A DNA stretch of 64,000 nucleotides from Selaginella moellendorffii (taxonomy: Eukaryota; Plantae; Lycopodiophyta): contig NW_003314264.1 in assembly GCF_000143415.4 (NCBI RefSeq), forward strand, positions 4,019,229-4,083,228, given 5' to 3'. Positions 36,163 to 50,839 of the stretch are shown piece after piece. The translations under genes were made by a program, and so were the position numbers. The notes below the pieces were generated by a model. That model ran no database searches. It was not told the origin of the DNA and saw only the letters and a program-made list of their open reading frames with translations. Every line of letters begins with the position of its first letter. Position 1 is the stretch's first letter.

Positions 36163-37336
36163 TCATTTTTTCTCAGTGGTGACTCCCACCGCCACACTGG
36201 TCACCTGGAAAGTTTTCACAAAGTTTAGAGATCTTTCCTACAGCAAGGAGCGCAAAGAAAGGAAAGAGATCATACTAGCTTGCCGCTTTCATCCATGGTC
36301 ATGGGGTTCTCCACAACCACAGTCTGCGATGGTTGCCTCGTCGGCGCAGGCTGCGTGATAAGATACATTAGTGATCGAGTACTATGTCAATCAAGCTGTG
36401 AAAATGGCTGATACCTCTGATACGGATGCGGGCTGGGGAAGCGGAGCGTAGTTTGGTCTTTGCACAGGGAGGGGCATTCTCGCGTTGCTGAGATGCTGGT
36501 CACACAGGGAGAAGTGGCGTGAGAAGATCAAAACATAACGTCGCTCCTCAAGAAAGGACTTACCGGTATCGTCGTGACATACTGGCAGAGAGCGCATTTC
36601 ACCGATTGCGCTCCAAACGCATACATGAGAGTCGTATTACAGCCTCCGCAGCTAATATGCGCTACTTGGTTCGCTAAAATCACAAAACAAGTGCGTTAAG
36701 AAAACCAAAACCAAAGATAAACGAACGCACCTTCCATCGCCAAGTTGATTGTGTGACAGCACGAGCACTGGACACTAGTGGCACCACGCACATACATGAG
36801 TAGCGTCCGGCATCCCCCACAAACGAGCTGAGCCATCTCGGTTCCTATAGGGACCACTCGCAAAACAAGACAAAGTCAAGAAAAAACGTAGCAAGAGAAA
36901 GGATTTTTCTTTGCTTTTTTCTTTGATTTTTTTTTTTTTTTTTTTTGTTGTTGATGGAAACCGACCTGGGGGAGGAACAGGAGTGACAGAGCTGCATAGC
37001 GCACAGCGGACATTCGTAGCACCTTGAGGATATACGAGCAAAGTCCTACATCCACCACAGATCAGCTGGCCTTGAGACCCTGCAAAAAAAATTTGACAGA
37101 CAACATAAGATAAGGGATGAGAGAGGAAACCAAAGACAAAGTAAAAGCGATGAAAGCGAAACGATTCGTTATCTCCCTCCCCCTTTTTCACGATTTCACG
37201 AGATTATGGAGCAGCGATCGGTCCGGGGAGGGAAATTCTGGAGAAATCGGAGCAAGAAGGGGGGAGCGATTGATTTCTCACCTGGCGGTGGCGGCATATG
37301 AGGCTGGGGAGCGTAGGGCACCAGCGGAACCGGCAT
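36163..37336 (-). CDS. LSD1/LOL1-type zinc-finger protein (3 zf-LSD1), multi-exon
   Basis: MPVPL start; three CxxCRTLLxYxxGAxxVxCxxC-type motifs; C-terminal VVVENPM...VAVGVTT. Confidence 0.93.
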
Positions 37337-37715
37337 TGGCGCGGAGATTCGCGTGAATCGCTGCCGATGAATCCGATGAATGGCGCGCCCGGAAATTCCG
37401 CCGAGAGATCGAAACAGGGCAACGATCTCCCCCAAAACTTCCCTGCAATGCGCCGATCCGATGGCGCTAGCGCCGCGCCAGGCGCCTCAGCTTCGTCGAA
37501 GCCAAACCCTACGCGTCGCCCGGGAGAGCTAAGCTTTGTGGTGAGAGCGTCTTTGAATCCATGAGAATTTTCGTCGAAAGCCTGATCAGCCAGCGCCAAG
37601 GCTTATCCACACCGTCCATCGCGACAATCGTAAACCGACGGCCAAGATGGGTTAGGTCTCCTCTTGAGTTGAATATTCCCAGCTTAGAACCCTAATTCTT
37701 CCGTAGAAGAGGGCG

Positions 37716-38598
37716 ATGAAGATCACGGCGCTGCTGCTGCTCAGGGCGAGCGATTCGGCAGCAGGATCATCGGCTTCCGGCAGCGACCCGGCGGTACTGG
37801 CAAATGCATCGGATGTGAGCCATTTCGGCTATTTCCAGCGCTCCAGCGCCAGAGAATTCATCATGTTTGTAGCTAGAACTCTCGCCAAGCGGACGCCGCA
37901 AGGGCAGCGGCATTCCGTGGAGCAGGATGGTAAGCGCTGATTTCCAGATCCAGTTTTCTCATTCTTTGCGTGTAGAGTATGTGGTGTATTGCTACAACAG
38001 GAATGGGCTTTGCGGGCTGGCGTTCACGGACAAGCAGTATCCAATGCGAAGTGCTTTCTCAGTGATTAACAAGGTGAGCAATCCAAATTCTTTTGTTCTT
38101 CTCTTGAGCATGATCATCGCTCAGGTGATCGATGAGTACATCCAAGCGTTTGGAAATTCCTGGAAATCAGTGACAACCGATAACACGGAACAATGGCCAG
38201 CTCTAAATCAAGCCTTGATGAAGTACCAGGTTGGTTTGCTCCATTCCAGTTTTGTCTTCAGTCGTGAGATTTTTCCGTGAATTGCAGGATCCAATGGAAG
38301 CGGACAAGCTCATGAGGATCCAGAGGGATCTCGACGACACCAAAGTCATACTGGTACGTGACGCCATAGCTTAGCTTCCTTTCGAGGATTTATTTTTCTC
38401 CTTGTCGGTACAGCACAAGACCATAGAAAGCGTCCTTGCTCGAGGGGAAAAGCTCGACTCATTGGTGGAGAAGAGCTCTGATCTTAGCATGGCTTCCCAG
38501 GTATTCAAAATCTCTCTTTTCAATCGTATCAAACTCCCAGCTTGCAGATGTTTTACAAGCAAGCCAAGAAAACCAACCAGTGCTGCAGCATCTTGTGA
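37716..38598 (+). CDS. YKT6: R-SNARE YKT6 (YKT61/62), multi-exon
   Basis: LANASDVSHFGYFQRSS, HKTIESVLARGEKLDSLVEKS, CCSIL prenylation C-terminus. Confidence 0.95.
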
Positions 38599-38801
38599 GA
38601 GCGACGCGATTTTGATAAAACTCGCTATACATACCGTGTGTTGATGTAAGCTTGTATAATCTACCAGCACCTCAGAAAAGTATCTATCATCACTGTAACC
38701 AGCCAGATTCACGAAACTTCAAATCCATTCTTTTCTATCTTCCTGAAACAAGCTAGAAAAAAAGTTAAATCTTACAAGTAAGATCAGAGGTGTTCTTTCC
38801 A

Positions 38802-41193
38802 TCACATCGACATTGCTTGCTCACAGCTCTGCAGCGCTTGGTTCGCGAAGTATCTCACGTCCACGTCCGGATCTTCGCTCAACTCCACCAAGCATGGGCG
38901 AATCGACTGCTCAACAACCTGGAAATACACATTAAAAAGTAGTCTCTAGAAAGCTTGAGAACTTCTGTGACTTTACCTCGCTGCCAACGATCGGGATAAA
39001 CGATTGTAGGATCTTCGCCACGTTGAACTTCACGTTTGGAATCCTGTTACAATTTATTAATTCGACTTCTACCTTGGCTCGACGTACCTGTCTTTTGCAG
39101 CGTTGATCACGACTGGTAGCATCATCTGGCATGTCACTTCGGAGCCAACAACAGGGGCGAACAAAGAAATGGCATACAGTATCGTCAGCCGGTATAAATA
39201 GTGAGGATTGTTAATCATCTCCAACACCTGAGAAAAGCATTACTTTCAAGAGATCTTCACACACAAAAAACTCATACCTGTGGAATAATATGTCTGCAAG
39301 CCCATTCTGTGCCAAACTCTTCGGTCAGCCTCTTCAGGTTGTTTGCGGCAGCTTCCCTGATAGAACACACCTGGTACACGATTTGGTTGAGTGTCAACAC
39401 TTGAGATTTCACGATTCAAACCTGATCTCCAAGCCAATGCATACACAAGGCACCAAGCTTGTCATCAAAGAATTCCACTCCTAGTTGGCTCGCAAGGAGT
39501 GGAATGTACTCAATAATAGCCAGCCGCACCCGCCAGTGTTTGTCTTCAGCCAGTTCCACAATCGCGGGTAGGAGCGATTGCGATAACAAGTCAATACCAA
39601 TAACCTGTAACGAAAAGATCAATTCAAAACAATGAATCTTCGTTGGGCGAACTTGCCTTGTTGACTTGATCCAGCTTGCTTATGATGTTGAGCCTAACGT
39701 CAGGGAATTCATCCTTCAAAAGGGCCAAAAATATTGGTAAAAGCTGTTCGATTGTCGCGTCCTGCAAACCAAACTAATCAGCACAGGACGAAAGAGCACG
39801 AATTGCCTACTTTTCCAAGAACCGGTGCCATGCCCATTATTACAGAAGCCAAAGCCGCACGAACATGTTGTGACGAGTCTAGAGAAAGTTCCTGTTGGGA
39901 GTCAAAAGAGGTCATGTCTGTGCACCACAGAAAAATCTCTCGGCTTACCTTTACACATGGAAGAATGCTTTGCATGGCAATCTCGGGCTGGACTATCTCA
40001 CAAAACTTGGTCACTTTGTCGGCTGCTGCTATTCTGACTTCCGCTTCGTTATCTCTTAGAAGTCGCACATAGGCAGGGACCAGATCAACCCTTTGCACAT
40101 AAAAGAAAAGATCAACAATCCATCAGTGTCCCCAAGAAAAGCCAATGTCACTGGACAATACCTAGTACATTCCGGTCCAACAGTTTCACAGAGTTCATAT
40201 AGTTGATTAGCAACCATATAACGTACCCGCCAGGACTTGTCCTGTAGAAACACGCACCGCATCAGCAACAGGAACAATAAAAGAATGAGACATACTTGTG
40301 AGAAATTTAGTATGAGCGGCAACACACAGGCAATGCAGTCGCTTGTTTGTAGCAACCTTCCAAGCGCAGCACAGCCTTCAACAGCTAGAAGCCTGACCGA
40401 ATCCTGCTCTGAAACATCGAAAAAAAATTGAGAAAAGAAAAAAAGACAAAAAATAAAAATAAAAATTGGGAAAGCGTTGCTGATCATACCATCCTGTGTA
40501 AGGTCCCGAAAGACAGCCATGATATCGGTCTTTAGAAACGCAGGCTCGATGGTAGCAGCAAACTTCCCGAGGTTGGAGATGGCGGCCCTTCTCACCAAAG
40601 GCATATCGTCGTGACTTAGTTGGTTGTAGATGGTTCTCAATTCCGCTCGGAGAAGCTCCGGAGCGCTCGGGTAGACAATGTGTAGCAGTCCACACACCGA
40701 CACTCTAGCCGTGAACCATTCTCCAGCCGCGAGCCTCTGCGAATCAAAGAGATCTCACGCCGTGAGCTCAATGTAGCTACAGATCTACGACCTTTACCTT
40801 GACAACCGGAGCAAACCATTCCACAAGATCGCGCTCGTTCATCACACTGGCGATCTTGCACAGCGACGCCACCGCCTTCTCCCTCACCGCGCTCTCCTCC
40901 ACATCGCACAGCGCCTCCAGCGGGGGTAGCAGAGAATGCGCGTACTCCACGCCCCCAACGTAGGGGACAAGATTCCCCAGCTCCTCGGCCATGGCAAGAA
41001 GAACCTCTTCATCGTCGTCGCTGCCGTCGGCGAGGAAGGGGATCAGCTCCCGCCGCGTCCGATCCTCGCCCAGAGCCCTAGCGATGGTGGACAGCCGGCG
41101 CACCGAGTTGATCCGGAGCTGGACGTCGTCGTTCTTGAGCTCGTCGATGAGCACTGCGATCGGATAGAGCGGCTCCTCCACCATTGCCGCCAT
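38802..41193 (-). CDS. PP2AA: PP2A 65-kDa scaffold subunit A (HEAT repeats), multi-exon, one GC-AG intron near 39656
   Basis: [51 protein letters not shown]. Confidence 0.96.
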
Positions 41194-41329
41194 AGCTCCC
41201 AGGAGAGAATCCACAAACCCTAGAACGGTATTAGTCCGCCAGGAGACTAGAATATGCCAATCGCGTCTTTTAATTTCTAGAATGGGGCCTGCAAATGAAA
41301 CCTAGGCCTTCTAGAACTGATCTTTTCTT

Positions 41330-42945
<1,616 letters not shown>

Positions 42946-43277
42946 TCTTGAGAACTTAGTTGTTTCCTATTTCTTTTCTTCGTCAATTTTGCGCGAGCTC
43001 AACCTCTGTACATTGAGAAATTGCAGTCGCTTATGCGAGTGATGGTTTTTCCTTTGAAATTCTTAAAAACATTGTAGTTATCTTTCTCGAGATGTTTTTC
43101 TAATCACTATATACGTTTCTATTTTATCCTCCACAGCGATTGTTTTTTGTTACTGTTATTTTGTAAAAAGGTTAACATGAAAATAGAATATTAAATTAAA
43201 TAGATTGGCGTTAAATTAGCAGCATTAGGATAATTTAATGCCACCCCTTAATTGCAAGCAAAAACTATCTTTTCGTC

Positions 43278-45604
43278 ATGGTCTCCATTTTGCTTTTCAT
43301 GTTCTTCACAGTGACTGCCGCAACGCAGCTTGATGGAACCAATATTTACATAGCTTACTTGGGAGGGACGAGAAGCATTGAGGCTCAAACTATCACAACA
43401 AGCCATCATCAAATTCTTTCTCAAGTCACTGGAACGTAAAGTTTTTTCATGAAAAGCAGGACTCCACAAATCACTAATTTCTTTCTTTTCTACCTAGTTT
43501 GGAGTCTGCCATGGACGCCATTGTCTACAGCTACAGCCACGGCTTTAGTGGTTTTTCTGCAAAGCTAACACCAGATCAGGCCGAGGCATTATCAAGTTAA
43601 GTCTGTGATCATGGAGAGATTCACTAAACAATTTTGTTCTTACCAGAGTTTCCTGAAATACTGAGCGTTTATCCCAGTAAGACGTATCACATCCAGACAA
43701 CTCGCTCATGGGACTTCGTTGGCTTGAGCGAGTCTCTAAGTTCGGAGCAATCAGGAATCGAGTTCTTCCCCCATGAACGTTACGATGTCATTGTAGGAGT
43801 TCTAGACAGCGGTATCACTCTTGCCCCTTCATATGCTAGCATAGAAACAACCGTCAGCGTTCTCGGACAGAAAGTCTGCGAGACAAGCTTACTCATTCTT
43901 CGAGAAGTTGATCTTGATCTCGTTCTTGTACAGGAGTGTGGCCAGAATCCAAGAGCTTCCACGATGCCGACATGAGACCCGTTCCAGGACGATGGAAAGG
44001 AACTTGCATGAATCCAGCTGGTACAAACGCATCTGCCATTATCAAATGCAACAGGTGAAAAGGAAAAACATAGCGAACTTAAACCTGAATCATCTTTACA
44101 GGAAGCTTGTCGGTGCTCGTACTTTCGACGCTCACGGCTCACACGTCTATGAGAATGCCAGGGACGGCACTGGTCACGGAACTCACGCTGCATCCACTGC
44201 GACTGGAAGGCTCGTTGCAAACGCAAGTGTGAATGGAGTTGCCCGAGGAACTGCCCGTGGTGGTGCACCGTTATCAAGGCTTGCGGCTTATAAAGTTTGC
44301 TGGGGTTTCATCTGTGACGAGGCTGATATTTTAGCTGGATTTGACACTGCAATACACGATGGAGTTGATATTATCTCAATCTCGGTTGGGAGAAGCCCGC
44401 ATAGATATAGTACTGATGGATTAGCAATTGGAGCTTACCATGCCATGGAGAGAGGCATTGCCGTTGCAGCACCTGCTGGAAACTTCGATTTTTTTATCTA
44501 TCAAATTGCAAATGGCGCACCTTGGCTCTTCACAGTTGCTGCAAGCACGATTGATCGAAAAATCACAGAGGTTAAGATCTTTCAGAATAAAAACGAGGAC
44601 TTACTTTTTCTTTTTTTCTTTTCTGTTCTTTCCTGTTGTGCAGAGTACTCAGATCGACAATTATAAACCAGCTCCAGTTATGGCTCCATTCTCCTTGACT
44701 GGACCAAACAGCTTGGATGCAAGTATCATAAAGGTGAGCATTAGAAGCAAAGCATTGTTTCATGGATGACTTACACAGATGACTTACATGAGCGACTTTT
44801 GTAGCCCGATATCACTGCTCCTGGTGTTGATATTCTAGCAGCCTGGCCAACCAACATTCCAGTTCATGGCACCAATGCAACTTACGGTGAATACTCACTT
44901 CTCTCGGGGACATCAATGGCCACTCCACACGTCGGGGGAGCGTTAGCATTCCTCAAGTCGATCCATCCGACATGGAGCCCCGCAGCACTAAAATCTGCAC
45001 TCATGACAACAGGTAAACTCATCAAACAATTGCGAAAGATGATCATCAACGATTCAATGCAGCAAGCACCCTGGATAACACAAACGCCACAATCACGAGA
45101 GGAAACGCCCCATCCAATCCATTCAGCTTTGGCTCTGGCATTATCCAGCCCGCAAAAGCAGTCGATCCAGGACTAATCTATGATATCCATCCAGAAGACT
45201 ACATACAATATCTCTGGAGCATCAACTATACCTCCGTCGAGATCCAGCACATCACTGGCAGCCATTGCCCCAAACACTCCACGGATTTCAGCCTCAACTA
45301 TCCCTCCATCGCGATCGACAAGCTTGCGCCGGGCGCCAGTCGCACAATCTCAAGGATCGTCACGAATGTAGGCACCGGAAGATCTTCCTACACTGTCGCA
45401 GTGGCGCCGCCGAGCGATGCCGCGCTTGCCATCGCCGTGAACCCTAAAACCCTAGATTTCTTCTTCACTGGCCAGAAGCTCTCTTACACAGTCACGCTAT
45501 CTTTGAATAAGGAAGCGGCGGGAAAGAGCTGGATATTCTCTGCTTTGACTTGGACCGATGGCACCCATCAAGTACGAAGCCCCATTGCTGTGTTCTCTAG
45601 CTGA
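43278..45604 (+). CDS. Subtilisin-like serine protease (I9 prodomain, S8, Fn3), apparently lacking the PA domain
   Basis: Signal peptide, [26 protein letters not shown] (Asp), GHGTHAAST (His), SGTSMATPH (Ser), LNYPSI, VRSPI. Confidence 0.88.
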
Positions 45605-45875
45605 CGATCAAAGTGAAAATAAAATTTTAGGTCTTGGAAGAGCGCTAGGTCATTATGGATCTTCACTCCTTGCAGCGTGATCGATTCTTCCGCGTGGATG
45701 AGCTACTGCTTTCCTGGATCGGCTAGAACTTTTGATCCATTGGATGAGCCACGGATCGGCTAAGAATTAGCGCTTAATCGATTCTCCGCGTGGATGAGCT
45801 TCTCCTCGGCTAGAAATCACAAATGTAAGTGTTCTTCTCTTTTAGAAGCTTGATTCCACTCTCTCTTTCCATGAA

Positions 45876-48347
45876 GTGTTTCTTGCGGGAGGTTCACATC
45901 CAAAGTTTTCCATCGCGGCCACGAAAACTATCACCGCCTCGTCCACAGCGGCACTGCTTGCTGCTCTAAAGGCTTGTAGCGGCCGAGCAACGAAAGAAGA
46001 TGCCACAGAAGTGAATGGAAGGCTTGTCAAGGCCAAGTCTCTGCAAGAAGGTATGGAAATTCATTCTCAGGCTGGCTGCTTACGGGACGTGTTCGTGGCT
46101 AGCAGCTTGGTGGACATGTACGCGAAGTGTGGAAGCCTGGAAAAGGCTCGCAACGTTTTCGAGGCGATGCCTTGGCAGAATGTTGTGTCATGGAACGCGC
46201 TGATGCTCGGGTATGCTGAGAATGGGGAAGAGGAGGCATGTGTGAACTTACTTTCGTGTTTAGTGCCGAGGCTTCGATCACCGAGAACTTACGCGATTGC
46301 ACTCAAGGCTTGCAACAAATTAGCAGCAAAGGAAGAAGGCCAGAGCTATGGTGAACAGGAGCTTGTCAAAATCAAGAGCCTGGAGACGGGTATGAGTTTG
46401 CATTGTCAGGCTGCTGGGAGTGGTTTTGACGCGGAAATTTTTGTTGCTGGCAGCTTGATTGATATGTATGCCAAGTGTGGGAGCTTGCGGGATGCTCGCA
46501 AAGTTTTTGATACGATTCCTTGCTACGACGTGGTGTGTTGGAACTCGCTCATGTCGGGCTACATTGAAAACGGTGAGGGAGGCACAGCTTTGGCATTGTT
46601 TGATTGTCTTGGCAGTTTAGCGGATAGTCTAAGCTATGTTGCTGCTTTCAGAGCTTGCGCTGGTCTGGCAGTGGAAGAAGAAGCTAAGAAAGGCAGTGTG
46701 AAGTGGGAATCGCTTCAAAGAGGTACCAACCTTCACCTTGAGTATACAAAACGACTTGGGAATAATGGTGATTGTAAGCTTCAGGTGGTCACCAGCATTA
46801 TAGCTATGTACTCAAAGTGTGGATCCATGGTGGAGGCTCGTAGGGTATTTGATGGTCTCCAGCGAAACACTCACGATGCGGTTTCATGGACAGCGCTTAT
46901 GTTTGGGTACGTCGAGAACAAGCAGGAACTCCAGGCTTTGGAACTTTTCGCAAGCATGGCCAAAGTTTGTCGACCAAACGCGCGGGCGTTTGTGGTTGCA
47001 CTCAAGGCTTGCACTCGAGTAGCTGCGAACGAAGGTGGCAAGGTCGTTGCTGGGGACACGATTGTGAAGGTCAGAGCTTTGGAAAATGGGATGGAGATAC
47101 ACAGCAGAGCTGCAACCGATGGATTCGACAAGAACACCATTGTCTCCAACGCGGTGGTGGAAATGTACGCACAGTGTGGGAGCCTAGTCGATGCTCGGGC
47201 CGTCCTGGACAGGATGGTGGAACACGACGAGGCGTCCTGGAATGCCTTGCTTCTCGGCTACTCTCAAAGCGGCGAGCAGGAACTGGCTCTGGAGCTCTTT
47301 GAGCTGCTGAGCTCTTCGGGAAGAAGCGGCGGCCGTCCGGCTTACGCTGCTGCACTGAAGTGCTGCGCTGAACTGGCCGCTAAGGAAGATGGCAGGACGG
47401 TCGACGGGAAGCTCGTCAAGCTCGGCTCTCTGGAGAAAGTTATGAGGATCCACTCGCAGGCTGTGGAGATCGAGCTCGACTCGGACAGGTTTCTAGCCAG
47501 CGCGCTGGTTGATACGTATGCCAAGTGTGGGAGCGTGCTGGACGCTCGAAGAGTTTTCGACAGCATGGTGCTCGAGAGCCAGGACGACTTGGTTTTGTGG
47601 ACTTCGATCATGCTGGCTCACGCCGACAACGGTGAAGGGAGAGTGACTTTGGAGCTCTTCTCGCGGATCAAAAGCCAGCCTTGGTGGTCGCCGCGGGATC
47701 CTCAGACAATGGTCGCGGCGCTCAAAGCTTCCGGGAGCAGTGAAGTGGCGTCGCTGGAGAGCGCTCGGCGGATCCATGCGGAAGCTTGCCGGCACGGCCT
47801 GATCGAGCGCGACGAAGCTCTGGCGAGCTGCCTGGTGGACGCGTATGGAAGGCTCGGAAGATCCGGCGACTCCCAGCAGGTATTCGACTCCATTCCCGTG
47901 AAAGGTCCACTGACTTGGACGGCGCTGGTGGCCGGTTACAGCCGCGTGGGAGATCCGGAGCTCGTCTTTCGCTGGTTTCGCAAGATGGTCGACGAGAAGA
48001 TCATCCCGGACGCCATCGCTTGCGTGTGCGTGCTCGCGGCTTGCAGCCACGCCGGCCTCGTCGACAGGGGCCTGGAGTTTCTACGCGAGATGGAGGCGAT
48101 GTTTGGGATCAAGCCCGACATCCGGCACTACTCGTGCGTGATCGACATGCTGGGGCGAGCAAACCGGCTGGAAGAAGCTCTGGCGATGGCGGAGACGATG
48201 CCGGTGGATCCAAATGCGGTGACTTGGACGACGCTGCTGGGCGCTTGCGCCAAGTGGAAGAACGCGACGCTGGGGAAGATCGCGTTTGAGAGATCCAGGC
48301 AAATGCATCCCTCAAACTTCCAGTTGATGGCAAACATCTACGCTTAG
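45876..48347 (+). CDS. PLS-class PPR protein with E-type C-terminus and no DYW; start uncertain (first in-frame ATG 46053)
   Basis: Repeated LVDMYAKCGSL..AR.VF / VSWNALM.GY; ACSHAGLVDRG, HYSCVIDMLGRA, W.TLLGAC. Confidence 0.85.
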   Translation: MFLAGGSHPKFSIAATKTITASSTAALLAALKACSGRATKEDATEVNGRLVKAKSLQEGMEIHSQAGCLRDVFVASSLVDMYAKCGSLEKARNVFEAMPWQNVVSWNALMLGYAENGEEEACVNLLSCLVPRLRSPRTYAIALKACNKLAAKEEGQSYGEQELVKIKSLETGMSLHCQAAGSGFDAEIFVAGSLIDMYAKCGSLRDARKVFDTIPCYDVVCWNSLMSGYIENGEGGTALALFDCLGSLADSLSYVAAFRACAGLAVEEEAKKGSVKWESLQRGTNLHLEYTKRLGNNGDCKLQVVTSIIAMYSKCGSMVEARRVFDGLQRNTHDAVSWTALMFGYVENKQELQALELFASMAKVCRPNARAFVVALKACTRVAANEGGKVVAGDTIVKVRALENGMEIHSRAATDGFDKNTIVSNAVVEMYAQCGSLVDARAVLDRMVEHDEASWNALLLGYSQSGEQELALELFELLSSSGRSGGRPAYAAALKCCAELAAKEDGRTVDGKLVKLGSLEKVMRIHSQAVEIELDSDRFLASALVDTYAKCGSVLDARRVFDSMVLESQDDLVLWTSIMLAHADNGEGRVTLELFSRIKSQPWWSPRDPQTMVAALKASGSSEVASLESARRIHAEACRHGLIERDEALASCLVDAYGRLGRSGDSQQVFDSIPVKGPLTWTALVAGYSRVGDPELVFRWFRKMVDEKIIPDAIACVCVLAACSHAGLVDRGLEFLREMEAMFGIKPDIRHYSCVIDMLGRANRLEEALAMAETMPVDPNAVTWTTLLGACAKWKNATLGKIAFERSRQMHPSNFQLMANIYA

Positions 48348-48561
48348 GAAACTCAAGAGCCCTAATTTTCTGACAATATAAAGGTTCTTGTTTAAATGAT
48401 CCATAAAAGTGAATTTAGGGCAATAGGGCAGTTAGGGTTTATCGATTCTCTCCTTTTTACTATTTAACGCGAGGTATAACAGCGGAGGGTGTTTGTTCGA
48501 GCTTCTAGGCGCTGGGAATTCCATGGCAAGGTGAGTGCTTTGGAGCTTGCTAGATCGAGGG

Positions 48562-50800
48562 ATGGGGCGGAGGAGCCAGAAGAGCGCCAATGCGAATCGA
48601 GAAGGGGGAGCTGCCGGGGAGGAGGAGGCGACCCACAAGCCCAGGAAATCGAAATCCGGGAGGACTGGGAGCAAGGGCGGAAGGCCGAGAACTAGGGATC
48701 AGGAGGAGCCGTGTAGCTCGTCGCGGGCGGAGGCGGAGAGGGAGGCGAGGCGGCGGAGGAAGAAAATGCGCGGCACGCCCATCGGCCATTGTGTGAGCAA
48801 TGCCGACGCCACTGCCACCGCCAAGATCATGAAGCAAGTCAAGTACTACTTTAACTCTATGAAGTTGGAGCAAAGCTTCATCGATGCCTACGCCAACGAT
48901 GGCTGGAAGGGACAGAGGTAAGAATAAAAAAGGCTAGAACTTTCTCCTTCTTTCCTTGCTTGCCTTCCTCTCTAGAACTCATGATTTTTTTATTTTTTTT
49001 TCTTGCAGCCGAGAGAAAGTTCGGCCCGAGAAGGAACTCGAGAGGGCTACCGCAAAGATACTCGGCTGGAAGCTCAAAATCCGGAAGGCCGTCCAGGAGC
49101 TCGATAAGATGTGCTTGGAAGGCTCGATTCTAGACTCGGCTTTTGACGCTGATGGACAACTTGACTACCAAGAGGTATGTATCACTTGTTCGTCCTAGTT
49201 TTAGATTCTCTTTTCCTCGGACTCTTGCAGATTTTCTGTGCCAAATGCCACTCTCACGAGGCGGAAGTGGACAATGACATTATTCTTTGCGATGGTTTTT
49301 GCAACCGAGGATTCCATCAAAAGTGCCTGAATCCACCACTAGCAACGGAGGACAGTTAAGTGTTTTCTCTTTTCTCGCAAGCGAACGCTCGTATTTAGAC
49401 TCTGTGTGCAGTTCCTCCCGGTGACGAAGGCTGGATGTGCCCGATCTGCGATTGCAAGTCGGACTGCGCATCGTTTCTAAACGACCACTTAGGCACGGAC
49501 TTCGATGTCGAGATGAGCTGGGAGGTGAAGTACTCCTTTCGTCTTTACTCGTTTCTCGCTAAGAGCTAGCCTTTCTTTGCCAGAAATTTTTCCCCGAGGC
49601 AGTTGAAGGTAGTAATACTATTGTAGCTGACGATGCGGTCCAGGATCTTCCATCCGAGGACTCTGACGACGATGACTATGATCCGGATAACAAAGATAAG
49701 GAACAGGAAAAGCTTGCCAACGGCAAGGGAGCTAAAGCCAACGAAGCTGGGGAAGAACAGGATCAAGCAGGAGACGATGACGACGAAAGCGACGATAGCG
49801 GTGGCGATGACTCCGGGGGTGGTGATGGCTCCGACTCCGACGATGGAACGACCGACTTATCCGGCGAGGAGCCTCTCTCGGCCGCCGAGGAGGACGAGGA
49901 CGAGAAAGAGAAAGAGGGAGACGAGGAAGGCGGCGGCAGCAAGAAAGACTCGGACGAAGTGTCCGGCAAGAGGCGGCGGAGAGACGTAGATTACAGAAAG
50001 CTCCACGATGTGAGTACTTCTTCTCTCCAGAAATGAAAGCCTCGCACTGTTTCGTGTGAGTGCTTTAGACAGCACGAAGCTTTTCTCGGGGATTCATTCG
50101 GGTGTGGGCCTGTAGGAGATGTTTGGAGTGGAGTACGAATGGGCCGAGGCTTTCCAGAGCGAGGACGAGGACTACGGCCCTTTGAAGAGGCCCAGGAAGC
50201 AACGAAGTGAGAGAAAAACCGATAGAAACGAGCAAAACCAAGACCACGGCGAGAACCAGGATGGTTTCAGCGATAAGTCGAAGAGAATTCCTCCGGAAGC
50301 TGTACAGGTTTGTGCTTGTTATCTCCAAGCGCTTGGCTAGTTTTCGATCGAAACTTTCCAACTTTGCAGAGATTGAGAGTAGCTTTCGACCGGGACCAAC
50401 TTCCCTCGCGGGATAGCAAGGAAGCGATCGCAAAAGAGCTGGGCCTCTCTTACAGGAAAGTAAGTTCGTGCTTGGATGTTCGTCGCTTCTTTGTTCTTGC
50501 TTAGCTCTTCTTCCACAGGTGGACGTGTGGTTTAAGAACGTAAGAACGCAAGCCTTGAAGAAGGCCAAGAGCGACGAGGCCGAGAACCAAACGCTGCTCA
50601 CGCAAGTCGGCCAGGCAGAGCTCAAGCTCGAGGATTTAAAGAGAGCTATGGAGGCTGTGCGGCACTTGGAGGTGCTCAAGCTCTCGTCATACGCGCAGGG
50701 CTTCTACGAGAACTCGGTTGTGGACGTCAACCGTGGAAAGAGGCTCGTCTACATGCCAGTAGCCGAGGTTGTAGAACAAGGTGGCACCAATCCATTGTAA
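48562..50800 (+). CDS. PHD-finger homeodomain protein (PRH/HAT3.1-like), multi-exon
   Basis: [29 protein letters not shown]...[41 protein letters not shown]. Confidence 0.9.
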
Positions 50801-50839
50801 AATAGATAGAAACTTACATAGAGAACTCGCTAAGTTCTT

